Shown here piece by piece: positions 39,230-48,826 of a stretch of 62,581 nucleotides of DNA (the first letter of the stretch is position 1; each line of letters opens with the position of its first letter). Under the pieces are notes generated by a model. It did no database searches. It saw only the letters and a list, made by a program, of their open reading frames with translations, and was not told the origin of the DNA. Source of the DNA: Bacteroidales bacterium (lineage in GTDB: Bacteria > Bacteroidota > Bacteroidia > Bacteroidales > GCA-2748055); the NCBI GenBank assembly GCA_040768485.1, contig JAXGMU010000002.1:106285-168865 (forward strand). Direction: 5' to 3'. Both the position numbers and the translations under genes were made by a program.

Positions 39230-41364
39230 CAGTTATCTATATCTTCCAGCTTCAGCAGGAACGCATACTCCATGGCGGTTTCCCGGTACCTTTCGAACCT
39301 GCCGGACGCGCCCCCGTGCCCGGTGTCCATGTTGCAGTAAAGGAGCAGGAGGTTGTCGCCCGTTTTCATGTCCCTCAGTTTTGCCACCCACTTGGCAGGC
39401 TCCCAGTACTGTACCTGGCTGTCGTGCAGACCGGTGGTGACCAGCATATTCGGATAATCCTGCGCCTCCACATTGTCGTAGGGCGAGTAACTCAGCATGT
39501 ACCGGTAGTATGCTTCCTGGTTGGGATTGCCCCATTCGTCATACTCCGACGTGGTCAGGGGGATGTCATCATCCAGCATGGTGGTCACCACATCCACGAA
39601 GGGGACCGCGGCGATCACCCCGTTGAACAGGTCAGGCCTGAGGTTGATCACCGCACCTATGAGCAGTCCCCCGGCACTCCCGCCCATGGCGTAGAGGTGC
39701 TCCGGGGCGGTGTAATTCTCCTTGATGAGATGTTCGGCGCAATGAATGAAATCGGTGAAGGTATTCATCTTTTTCAGCAGTTTCCCGTCCTCGTACCAGG
39801 GCCGTCCGTACACCTGGCTGCCCCTGATGTGGGCCATGGCGAAGACAAAGCCCCTGTCAAGCAACGACAGCCGGGATGAATTGAATCCGGGATCCTGTGT
39901 GATCCCGTAGGAACCGTATCCGTAAAGCAGGGTGGGATTGCTCCCGTTGCGCACCATTCCTTTCCGGGACACGATGCTCATGGGGATCTTTTTCCCGTCG
40001 CCGGCCGTGGCGTAGATCCTCTTTGCCTCGTAATTGGAAGGGTCGAAATCCCCGAGCACTTCCTGCTGCTTCATCAGGGTTTTCTCCCGGGTATCCATGT
40101 TGTAATCATATGTGGAAACCGGTGTGGTCATAGAGGAATAGGCATACCTGAGCAACCCGGTGTCAAATTCAGGGTTCACGGAGATGCCGGCTGTGTAGAC
40201 CTCCTCACCCATGTCCACGTAATATTCGGAACCGTCCTCCCAGCGGATCACCCGAAGGTTGATCAGCCCTTCCTTCCGCTCCTCCACCACCAGGTAATCC
40301 CTGAAAAGCTCGATCCCCTCCAGGAACACCTCTTCGCGGTGACCGATCACCTCTTCCCAGTACTCCTTCCCGGTCCGCTCCACCGGCGTTTTCATGAGTC
40401 TGAAATTGACAGCATCCAGGTTGGTGACAATGTAGAAATGGTCCCCGAAATGTTCCACACTGTATTCCAGTCCCCGTTCCCTGGGATGGATCACCCTGAA
40501 TTCCCCGCCGGGCTCATCTGCAGGCATGACCCTGCACTCGCTGGTAAGGGTGCTGGAGCTGCCGATGACGATGTACATCTTCGATTTGGACTTCGTCACG
40601 TAGGTGCCGAAGGTGTCGTCGGTCTCCTCGTAGACCATCACATCAGCAGAAGCGTCCGTTCCCATCATGTGGCGGAAAATGGCATGGCTACGGAGGGTCA
40701 GGTCATCTTTTTTGGTGTAGAACAATGTTTTGCTGTCGTTTGCCCAGACGGCCCGGCCGGTGGTCACCGGGATCTCATCTGCAAGCATCTCGCCGGTCTC
40801 CAGGTCTTTGATTCGGATGGTATATTTCCTGCGGCTCACGGTGTCGATCCCCATGGCAGCATACCGGTTATCGGGACTCACACTGATTCCCGACACCTGG
40901 AAATAGTCATGCCCTTCCGCCATCTCGTTCACATCGGCCATGACCTCCTCACCGGCTTCCAGGGTTCCCTTTTTTCTGCAGAAAACGGGATATTCCTTCC
41001 CTTCCACATACCGCACGTAATAATAGTAGCCGTTGTCCATGTAGGGCACACTTTCGTCCTCCTGTTTGATCCGTCCCACCATCTCCTCGTAGAGTTTTTC
41101 CTCAAGCGCTTCTGTGTCCTTCATCACCGCTTCCCTGTATGCGTTTTCGGCTTCCAGGTATGCGATCACTTCGGGATTGTCGCGCTCCCTCAGCCAGTAA
41201 TAGGGATCCACACGGGTATCCCCGTGGATGGTGAGTTCTCTGGGTCTTTTGTCTGCGATCGGTGGTTCCATTTGATCAGTTCTGTTGCAGGATTGCATGC
41301 TCATGAGGGTCAGCAGGCCCGTCAGAGGGAAGATGACCGGCAAAGCAGCGGTGATGATTTTCAT
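39229..41364 (-). CDS. ptrB: Oligopeptidase B (S9A), lipoprotein
   Basis: HGDTRVDPYYWLR, YGYGSYG, GGSAGG, HDSQV, GHGG; lipobox MQSC. Confidence 0.95.
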   Translation of the reverse strand: MKIITAALPVIFPLTGLLTLMSMQSCNRTDQMEPPIADKRPRELTIHGDTRVDPYYWLRERDNPEVIAYLEAENAYREAVMKDTEALEEKLYEEMVGRIKQEDESVPYMDNGYYYYVRYVEGKEYPVFCRKKGTLEAGEEVMADVNEMAEGHDYFQVSGISVSPDNRYAAMGIDTVSRRKYTIRIKDLETGEMLADEIPVTTGRAVWANDSKTLFYTKKDDLTLRSHAIFRHMMGTDASADVMVYEETDDTFGTYVTKSKSKMYIVIGSSSTLTSECRVMPADEPGGEFRVIHPRERGLEYSVEHFGDHFYIVTNLDAVNFRLMKTPVERTGKEYWEEVIGHREEVFLEGIELFRDYLVVEERKEGLINLRVIRWEDGSEYYVDMGEEVYTAGISVNPEFDTGLLRYAYSSMTTPVSTYDYNMDTREKTLMKQQEVLGDFDPSNYEAKRIYATAGDGKKIPMSIVSRKGMVRNGSNPTLLYGYGSYGITQDPGFNSSRLSLLDRGFVFAMAHIRGSQVYGRPWYEDGKLLKKMNTFTDFIHCAEHLIKENYTAPEHLYAMGGSAGGLLIGAVINLRPDLFNGVIAAVPFVDVVTTMLDDDIPLTTSEYDEWGNPNQEAYYRYMLSYSPYDNVEAQDYPNMLVTTGLHDSQVQYWEPAKWVAKLRDMKTGDNLLLLYCNMDTGHGGASGRFERYRETAMEYAFLLKLEDIDN

Positions 41365-41418
41365 GGGTGTTTTTTTAAAGATGCGAAAATAGCGATAATT
41401 CTTGCAAATGCACCCGAT

Positions 41419-42402
41419 TCAGGAAGGAAAGTAACGGGTCACATCGCCCACGATCTCCAGTCCGGCATGCAGTCCCTTTCCACTGAACAGGACCGTCCCC
41501 CTGTGATCTAAAAGTTCCAGGGTGAGGGATGATACGATGCTCTCGGTGATCTCCCTGTCCATCGATCCGTGCCGGGGCGCTTTCAGAACCCCCCCTTCCT
41601 TTCTCTCCACACGCACTTTCAGCCTGTTCCTGCGGTTGGCCATCTCCACCAGTACTTCCCTGTCGCGCACCCCTATCCTGCTGATCAAGGAGCGGTTCCA
41701 GGTGGCAAAGCGGTATACCTTACCGTTCAGCATGAGGAAGGAAAGGAATCCGGGGAAAAAGCTTTTGCGCCAGGGGATCCTGGCCACCGACAGCATGAAG
41801 GAAGCCTGGTCGTTTTCCCGGAAATGGTTGGACTGCATCCAGATCCAGTCCGACGGCATGGACCGGCCCCAGTCCTTTTCGATATATCCCTTTCCCCCGT
41901 CAAAGGAGATCTCCTTCCCGTTGACCCTCAGGGTGCCGCCAAGCCTGTGCTGCATGGAGACCACCCCGTGGTAGCATTCCATAAAGGGGACGTAGCTGTA
42001 CCAGCCCATGATGCCCGGGGCCAGAAGCCTGAACGGAAAGGGATGCACTCCCCCGATACGCAGTGCTCCTTCCATTCTCAGATCCCCGGCATCCAGATCC
42101 AGCCTGAGCCCTTCCAGGCTGAATGCATTGGGACCGATGCTCACCGAGAATCTGTTCTTCGTGAAGCTGAAGGCCTGAAGGTCATAGCGCCGGTACCAGG
42201 TTTGCCCGCTGTTGGCATGGATCACCTGCACAAAACTGTGCGGGTCATCCGAATAGGAAACGCCAGGAATGACCGACCAGATCCGGTCTCCCCCTGCATC
42301 CACCAGCTTGAAATACCAACCTTCGAAATAGCCGGCCGGGTTCTTTCTTCCCTGGTATACGGCCGGGCGGAATATCCGGGGGACAGAAGGTATTGTTCGC
42401 AT
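41419..42402 (-). CDS. Tocopherol cyclase family protein
   Basis: YFEGWYFK, PGIMGW...PFMECYH, GYIEKDWGRS.P..WIW. Confidence 0.85.
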   Translation of the reverse strand: MRTIPSVPRIFRPAVYQGRKNPAGYFEGWYFKLVDAGGDRIWSVIPGVSYSDDPHSFVQVIHANSGQTWYRRYDLQAFSFTKNRFSVSIGPNAFSLEGLRLDLDAGDLRMEGALRIGGVHPFPFRLLAPGIMGWYSYVPFMECYHGVVSMQHRLGGTLRVNGKEISFDGGKGYIEKDWGRSMPSDWIWMQSNHFRENDQASFMLSVARIPWRKSFFPGFLSFLMLNGKVYRFATWNRSLISRIGVRDREVLVEMANRRNRLKVRVERKEGGVLKAPRHGSMDREITESIVSSLTLELLDHRGTVLFSGKGLHAGLEIVGDVTRYFPS

Positions 42403-42433
42403 CAGGATAATAACAAAGCTCCGGCCGGGAAGT

Positions 42434-44572
42434 TTATTTTCCCGGTTTCCCCATGTCTTTCATGGAGAGCTGGATGCGGTTGCGCTGGACATCCACCTCC
42501 AGGACCTTTACCCGGACATGCTGGTGGATCTTCACGATGTCGTTGGGATCTTTTACGAACCGGTCGGCCAGCTGGGAGATGTGCACCAGTCCGTCCTGCT
42601 TCACCCCCACATCCACGAAAGCCCCGAAGCGGGTGATGTTGGTCACGATCCCGGGAAGTTCCATCCCGGGCTTCAAATCCTCGATCGTGAACACGTTCTG
42701 GTCGAATTCAAACACCTCCACCTGCTGCCTGGGATCCCGTCCCGGTTTCTCCAGTTCGTCGCGGATGTCCCGCAGGGTGGGGAGTCCCACCTCCCCTGCC
42801 ACATAATTTTCCAGCCCGATCTTTGAGACAAGTTGCCCGTTGCCCACCAGCTCGGCCAGTCCCACACCCAGGTCGGCCGCCATGCGCTCCACAATGTGGT
42901 AGCTTTCCGGGTGGACCGCCGAATTGTCCAGCGGATGCACACCCCCCCCGATCCTGAGGAACCCGGCACACTGCTCGAACGCCTTGGCACCCATGCGGGG
43001 GACCTTCTTCAGCTGCTCCCTGGAAGTGAATCCTCCCATCTCCTGCCTGGTTTCCACCACATTCTGCGCCAGCACCGGTCCCAGTCCCGACACATAGGTC
43101 AGCAGGTGCTTGCTGGCGGTGTTCACGTTCACCCCCACCAGGTTCACACAGCTTTCCACCACCTGGTCCAGACTCTCCTTCAGGCTGTGCTGGTCCACAT
43201 CATGCTGGTACTGTCCCACCCCGATGGATTTGGGATCGATCTTCACCAGTTCGGCCAGCGGATCCATCAGCCTCCGCCCGATGGACACAGCCCCCCGGAC
43301 CGTCACATCGTAATCGGGGAACTCGTCCCTGGCGATCTTCGAAGCGGAATAGATGGAGGCCCCGGACTCGTTCACCACGTATACTTCCACATCGTGCGGG
43401 AACCTGAGCAGCCGGATGAAACGCTCGGTCTCCCTGCTGGCGGTCCCGTTCCCGATGGCGATGGCCTGGATCTTATACTGCTGGATCAGGGAGCTCACCT
43501 TGCGGGTGGCCCCTGCCCGGTCTGCCTGGGGAGGATGCGGGTAGATGGTCTCATTGTGCACCAGGTTCCCCTGTTCGTCCAGGCACACCAGCTTGCAGCC
43601 CGTCCTGTAGCCCGGATCGATGGCCAGCACCCGTTTCTGTCCCAGCGGCGGGGCCAGCAGAAGCTGCCTCAGGTTGGTGGCAAATACACCAATGGCTTCC
43701 CGGTCCGCTTTCTCCTTGAAAAGTGATTTGAATTCATTCTCCATGGAAGGCTGCATGAGCCTTTTGTATGCATCCCTGACCGCTTCGGCCACCTGACGGC
43801 CCGCTTCCCCTTCTCCCCTGACGAACTGCGCTTCCAGGTCCGCGACCACCTTTCCGGAAGCCGGTTCCACCGTCAGTTTCAGGAACCCTTCCGCTTCTCC
43901 CCTCCGCATGGCAAGGATCCGGTGCCCCGGGCATCTTTTCAACGGTTCGCTGAATTCGAAGTAGTCGCTGAACTTGGAACCCTCCTCTTCCTTTCCCTTG
44001 ACCACCCTGGAGGAGATCACCGCTTCCCGGCTGAAATGGTGGCGCACCGTCTTCCTGGCCCGCTGGTTCTCGTTCACCCATTCGGCCACAATGTCCCGCG
44101 CCCCCTGCAGCGCATCTTCCGGCGATTCCACCTCTTCGCTGAGAAACCGGGAAGCTGCCTCCTGCAGATCTTTTTCCTGCTGCCGCATCAGGATCTTCGC
44201 CAGGGGTTCCAGCCCCCTGTCCCGCGCCACCGTGGCCCGGGTCTTCTTCTTGGGCTTGTAAGGCAGGTACAGGTCCTCCAGGATCACCGGATCCAGGCAG
44301 GTTTCGATCTTTTCCTTCAGTTCGCCGGTCAGGTTCCCCTGTTCCCCGATGGTCTTCAGGATGTACTGTCTCCGTTTTTCCAGTTCCTTCAGCTTGTTCA
44401 GCTCGTCCCGGATCCCGGTGATCTTCACCTCGTCCAGGCTTCCTGTATGTTCCTTGCGGTACCGGCTGATGAAGGGGATGGTGGCCCCTTCTTCCAGCAG
44501 TTCGATGGTGTTTTTCACCTGCACCAGGCCGATCCCGGTGCGCCGGGCGATGATTTCTTCAAAAACGATCAT
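42434..44572 (-). CDS. tex: Tex family RNA-binding transcriptional accessory protein
   Basis: TIPFISRYRKE, DPGYRTGCK, IGNGTASRET, IGVGQYQHD, HhH, C-terminal S1 domain. Confidence 0.97.
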   Translation of the reverse strand: MIVFEEIIARRTGIGLVQVKNTIELLEEGATIPFISRYRKEHTGSLDEVKITGIRDELNKLKELEKRRQYILKTIGEQGNLTGELKEKIETCLDPVILEDLYLPYKPKKKTRATVARDRGLEPLAKILMRQQEKDLQEAASRFLSEEVESPEDALQGARDIVAEWVNENQRARKTVRHHFSREAVISSRVVKGKEEEGSKFSDYFEFSEPLKRCPGHRILAMRRGEAEGFLKLTVEPASGKVVADLEAQFVRGEGEAGRQVAEAVRDAYKRLMQPSMENEFKSLFKEKADREAIGVFATNLRQLLLAPPLGQKRVLAIDPGYRTGCKLVCLDEQGNLVHNETIYPHPPQADRAGATRKVSSLIQQYKIQAIAIGNGTASRETERFIRLLRFPHDVEVYVVNESGASIYSASKIARDEFPDYDVTVRGAVSIGRRLMDPLAELVKIDPKSIGVGQYQHDVDQHSLKESLDQVVESCVNLVGVNVNTASKHLLTYVSGLGPVLAQNVVETRQEMGGFTSREQLKKVPRMGAKAFEQCAGFLRIGGGVHPLDNSAVHPESYHIVERMAADLGVGLAELVGNGQLVSKIGLENYVAGEVGLPTLRDIRDELEKPGRDPRQQVEVFEFDQNVFTIEDLKPGMELPGIVTNITRFGAFVDVGVKQDGLVHISQLADRFVKDPNDIVKIHQHVRVKVLEVDVQRNRIQLSMKDMGKPGK

Positions 44573-44581
44573 GGAACAGAT

Positions 44582-45619
44582 TTAATACCTTTCGTAATAC
44601 CAGTAGTCTTCAAACTCCGGTATAAAGGTAGTGATTGTGTACTGATCCGTGGAATAACCCCCGAAGAAGCCGGTCCCCGATTCGATGTTGCTGTACACGA
44701 TCACCGGCACCGCCAGGTAGTTGTCCCGCGTCTCATAATGCTTTTGCCTGGATTTCAGGTACCTGTAATACGACTCGGAGATGGAATGGAGCCGGAAGGA
44801 GATCCTGGCCGAATCGGCTGAACCCAGATATTGGGCATATGTAAAAAGACGAACGGAGTATCTCTTCCCGTCGATCAGCTGGTCGGAAAAGAGGATCCCG
44901 TCCTGTGTGGTCGCTTCCACGATCAGATCCCTGGATCCCACCGAAACCCGGTCGGTGTACCTGATGATCCTGGTCAGCTGGTAAGTGGTATCGTTGACGT
45001 AATAGTGCCATTCCCCGTTGTGGTAGAGGGAATCCACATACACGACCGTCGTGTCGTACCACTCTGTCCGGGAAAGGTCCCCCTCCACATCCACCATGTA
45101 GTAATTCCCTGTGCCCGGCGGATCATCAATGGTCAGGTCCACCTGCATCACCTTCATGGACTCACTGTAATATGGGGTGCTGGTTTCTTCAACGACCGTA
45201 AATGTATCCAGGGCGGCGATCTTCACCGGTTCGGGGATCTCACAGCTGGAAGTGACCGCCGGATAGCCCGGGCATTCCACTTCGATGGCGTAACGCTCAC
45301 CGGCGGAAGCCCTGATGCTGCCGGAGCGGTACACCGCATTCCCGGAATAGCTGAGGCGCTCCAGCATGTCGCCCCCCCTGTAAAGCCTCACCTCGGCGTT
45401 CTCAAGGGGAACCAGGGGTGCATTGTCCAGGATGTGCCGGGTGCGGGACACCTGCAGGGACACGATCGAATCACTGCCGAGGGCGCCGTTCACCACGATC
45501 ATCCTGTCGGACTCTTCCAGTTAAATGAACAGTACGGATTCACAGGCCGGGACCGCCGCCAGGAGAACAGCCGCGAAAACCAGCCGGTACATTGTCTGAT
45601 ATATACGCCTGATATGCAT
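44582..45619 (-). pseudogene. DUF4249-family lipoprotein interrupted by an in-frame TAA at 45521-45523
   Basis: Reads MHIRRIYQTMYRLVFAAVLLAAVPAC-ESVLFI*LEESDRMIVVNG in one frame; C-terminal DPPGTGNYY, SISESYYRY, YSNI..G.GFFG; directly after a TonB receptor. Confidence 0.8.
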
Positions 45620-45623
45620 GCTG

Positions 45624-48011
45624 TCAGAATTCAAAAGAGTAACTGATGGAGGGGATCAGCATGAAGATGCTCATTTGCTTCAGGGCCCTGTTCCCGTAGT
45701 TGTCATAGCCGAAGAAAAGGAAAAAGGGATTCTGGCGGTTAGAGGCATTGTAAAGTCCGAAGCTCCAGGTCTGCCTCCCCCATTTTGTTTCCCTGTGCCG
45801 GTTAACGGCCACATCCAGGCGGTGGTAAGCCGGCTCCCTGTATGCATTCTTCCCTTTGTAATACTGGATCTCCTGGTAATAGTAATAGGAGAAAGGGTAC
45901 ATGGAGCCATCCTCAAAGTAATAATCACCGGGTGCATACCTGGATACAGCCAGGGTCCTGGCCTTACCGGTGCCGTATACCCAGGTGGCGCTCAGGTCCG
46001 TCTCCTCATTCACGCGGAACATTAGCACGACGGATACATCATGTCTCCGGTCATATGTATAGGGATAGGGGTCGCCGTTGTTCAGGTTTTCGAACTGCAG
46101 GTCCACTTTTGATAGGGTATATCCCACCCATCCCCGGATCCTCCCCAAATCTTTCCGGGCAAGGAACTCCATGCCGTAGGAAAGTCCGGTGCCGCCCCGC
46201 TCGATCTTATCCTCCCAGTCCACCCCGAACTCGAAAAAACTGGATCCTTCCGAATAATCGATCAGTCCGCTCATTGTCTTGTAAAATCCTTCCAGGGTGA
46301 AATACCAGCTGTCGTTCAGGTTATAGGCAAGCCCGAGGGCCGACTGGTAGGAACTCTGGGGAGGCGTCCGGTCGGTGGCCGGCACCCATATGTCGGTGGG
46401 CAGTCCGATCGTGCTGTTGGTGAGCAGGTGGATGTACTGGTCCATGCGTGAAAAGGCAGCCTTCAGAGAAAGGTCCGGCGTGATCAGCAACCGGCCCGTG
46501 AAACGGGGCTGGAGGGAATGATAGAACTCACCCCTGACAGCGAATGCCGAATAGTGGAGCCCCACATTGGCCCGGATCCTGGATCCCAGCTGGAAGTTGT
46601 CCTCACCGTACAGATAGAATTCATGGGCATTGACCGGATCGGAATTAAACTCCAGCCGGAGGGTGTCGTCGGTGGACTCCAGGGTCTCGATCCCGGGGGA
46701 AAAAATATGGTACAGGTATTTGGCCCCGAACCGCAGTGTATGGGCCGTGGAGGGCCGGTAGTCAAAATCGGCCATACCACCCAGGTCTTCGATCCCGGAA
46801 TAATAGTCGTATGAAAATCCCAGGTCGTATTTCCCGTTGACCAGCATCCGGGTCTCGTCAAAGGTATCGAACCTGTAGTTGCTGTAGATCAGCGATGCAT
46901 TGCTGAACAGCTTGTTCCCGTAAACATGGTTCCACCTCAGCGCAGTAGTCAAATTCCCCCAGTACAGCCCCGACTCGGACCTGGTCTGGTAGGAGGTGTC
47001 ATCGTCGATCCGGTTCTCTTCGTTATCGATATAGAGGCGGTCGCGTCCGTGGTAAAGGCTCAGGTAAATGCGGTCGAATTCGGAGAACTTGTGGTTGATC
47101 TTGGCATTCACGTCATAGAAATAATAGCCCGTCATCCCTTCCACCCCGTTGGCCTTGTTCACCGCCCGGATGATCGGGCGTGCCAGGATATCCAGGTAAG
47201 TCCTCCGGGCGGAAAGGAGAAATGAGGTCTTGTCGCGGATGATGGGCCCTTCCACTGTCAGCTTGGACGCGATGAGCCCCACCGAGCCCGAACCTTTCAC
47301 CTCCTTCATATTGCCTTCCTTCAGCCTGATATCCAGAACCGAGGAAAGGCGTCCCCCGTAATGGGCCGGAAAACCGCCCTTGGTGAGCGTGATGCTGGAT
47401 ATGGCATCCGGATTGAATACGGAGAAGAACCCGAACAGGTGGTTTGCATTGTAGATGGGCACCCCGTCCAGCAGGAAAAGGTTCTGGTCGGGCCCCCCTC
47501 CCCGCACGTAGATCCCGCTGGTTCCCTCGGTGCCCGACTGCACCCCCGGCATCAGCTGAATGGTCTTGATCACATCGGCCTCACCCATGAACATTGGAAT
47601 GGTCCTGATCTCTTTCACGGGGATGTGCACGGTGCTCATCTGAACATCCTGCACAATGTCCCGCGGCCGGTTGGTTGTCACCACCACCTCCTCCAGCTCC
47701 AGGGATGGCTCCAGGTGGATGTTCATGTTCAGGTTTGCCCCCAGCCTGATGGTCTCGCTGAAGGTGGAATACCCCACGTAGGATGCCAGCAGCCGGATCT
47801 CCCCTGCCGGAACCGAGAGGCTGAAAAAACCGTACTCATTTGTAGAGGTTCCTTTCCCCCTGATGGAGTCATACACCGAGGCGGCGATCAGCCGTTCACC
47901 CGTGGCGTTGTCCTGCACATACCCGCTGAGGGTGTACTTCTGACCTGCCAGGTTGATTGTCAGTATGAAAAGCAGCAAACCGGATAGAAACGGAAATCTG
48001 TGCATGGCCAC
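45624..48011 (-). CDS. TonB-dependent receptor (CarboxypepD_reg-like N-domain + plug + barrel)
   Basis: GEADVIKTIQLMPGV, VRGGGPDQN, YGGRLSS, YHRLD, C-terminal YSFEF. Confidence 0.95.
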   Translation of the reverse strand: MAMHRFPFLSGLLLFILTINLAGQKYTLSGYVQDNATGERLIAASVYDSIRGKGTSTNEYGFFSLSVPAGEIRLLASYVGYSTFSETIRLGANLNMNIHLEPSLELEEVVVTTNRPRDIVQDVQMSTVHIPVKEIRTIPMFMGEADVIKTIQLMPGVQSGTEGTSGIYVRGGGPDQNLFLLDGVPIYNANHLFGFFSVFNPDAISSITLTKGGFPAHYGGRLSSVLDIRLKEGNMKEVKGSGSVGLIASKLTVEGPIIRDKTSFLLSARRTYLDILARPIIRAVNKANGVEGMTGYYFYDVNAKINHKFSEFDRIYLSLYHGRDRLYIDNEENRIDDDTSYQTRSESGLYWGNLTTALRWNHVYGNKLFSNASLIYSNYRFDTFDETRMLVNGKYDLGFSYDYYSGIEDLGGMADFDYRPSTAHTLRFGAKYLYHIFSPGIETLESTDDTLRLEFNSDPVNAHEFYLYGEDNFQLGSRIRANVGLHYSAFAVRGEFYHSLQPRFTGRLLITPDLSLKAAFSRMDQYIHLLTNSTIGLPTDIWVPATDRTPPQSSYQSALGLAYNLNDSWYFTLEGFYKTMSGLIDYSEGSSFFEFGVDWEDKIERGGTGLSYGMEFLARKDLGRIRGWVGYTLSKVDLQFENLNNGDPYPYTYDRRHDVSVVLMFRVNEETDLSATWVYGTGKARTLAVSRYAPGDYYFEDGSMYPFSYYYYQEIQYYKGKNAYREPAYHRLDVAVNRHRETKWGRQTWSFGLYNASNRQNPFFLFFGYDNYGNRALKQMSIFMLIPSISYSFEF

Positions 48012-48028
48012 ATGGCTCTGAAAAGGAT

Positions 48029-48036
48029 CAAAGATA
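48029..48036 (-). promoter_or_regulatory. -7 element TATCTTTG for the TonB receptor operon
   Basis: TAnnTTTG match. Confidence 0.5.
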
Positions 48037-48144
48037 ACAATTCATCCCGTTTTGAGAACGGATGTTTGATCCTTCTGGTATAAGAGGGACCTGCGGATGG
48101 ATCGGTTGCGCGGACCGGAATGGTGGTGATCCGGCATAAAAGAT

Positions 48145-48152
48145 TATTTTTG
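48145..48152 (+). promoter_or_regulatory. -7 element TATTTTTG for rpe
   Basis: TAnnTTTG match 16 bp upstream of the ATG. Confidence 0.5.
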
Positions 48153-48168
48153 TGGAAAACGATCCGGC

Positions 48169-48825
48169 ATGAGCAAGCACATGATCTTCCCCTCCATCCT
48201 GACAGCCGATTTTTTGCACCTGGCCGAAGAAATCCATATGGTGAACCGTTCGGAAGCAGACATGCTGCACCTGGATATCATGGACGGGGTCTATGTGCCC
48301 AATCTCACCATCGGGTTCCCCGTGATCCGGCAGATCAAATCGGTATCGGAGAAACCGCTGGATGTGCACCTGATGATCGTGGATCCGGACCGCTACCTGG
48401 AAGCCTACCGGGATGCCGGTGCCGACTGGGTGACCGTGCACTACGAAACCTGCACCCATCTGCACCGCACCATCCAGCGGATCAGGGAGCTGGGCATGCA
48501 GCCGGCCGTATCGCTGAATCCCCATACCGATGTTTCTTTGCTGGAGCCTGTGCTCGGCGACCTGAACATGGTGCTGGTCATGACCGTGAACCCGGGATTC
48601 GGCGGACAAACCTTCATAGAGGCATCCTGGGACAAGATCCGCAAACTGAGGAAAATGATCGATGACAGGGACCTGGATACACTGATCCAGGTGGACGGCG
48701 GGGTTACCGGTGAGAACATCGGGGAACTGATCGGTGCCGGGGTGGATGTATTCGTGGTGGGGAACACCATCTTTTCGTCGGATGATCCTCCCGGGATGAT
48801 CTCCACACTGAAAAATGCCACCTGA
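48169..48825 (+). CDS. rpe: Ribulose-phosphate 3-epimerase
   Basis: PSIL.ADF, HLDIMDG, DVHLM, MTVNPGFGGQ, VDGG. Confidence 0.98.
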   Translation: MSKHMIFPSILTADFLHLAEEIHMVNRSEADMLHLDIMDGVYVPNLTIGFPVIRQIKSVSEKPLDVHLMIVDPDRYLEAYRDAGADWVTVHYETCTHLHRTIQRIRELGMQPAVSLNPHTDVSLLEPVLGDLNMVLVMTVNPGFGGQTFIEASWDKIRKLRKMIDDRDLDTLIQVDGGVTGENIGELIGAGVDVFVVGNTIFSSDDPPGMISTLKNAT

Positions 48826-48826
48826 C

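Noticed and set aside
45521-45523. Stop-codon recoding (Sec/Pyl or alternative genetic code)
   Set aside because: The codon is TAA, which is not a Sec/Pyl codon, and TAA, TAG and TGA all terminate other genes normally in this window.
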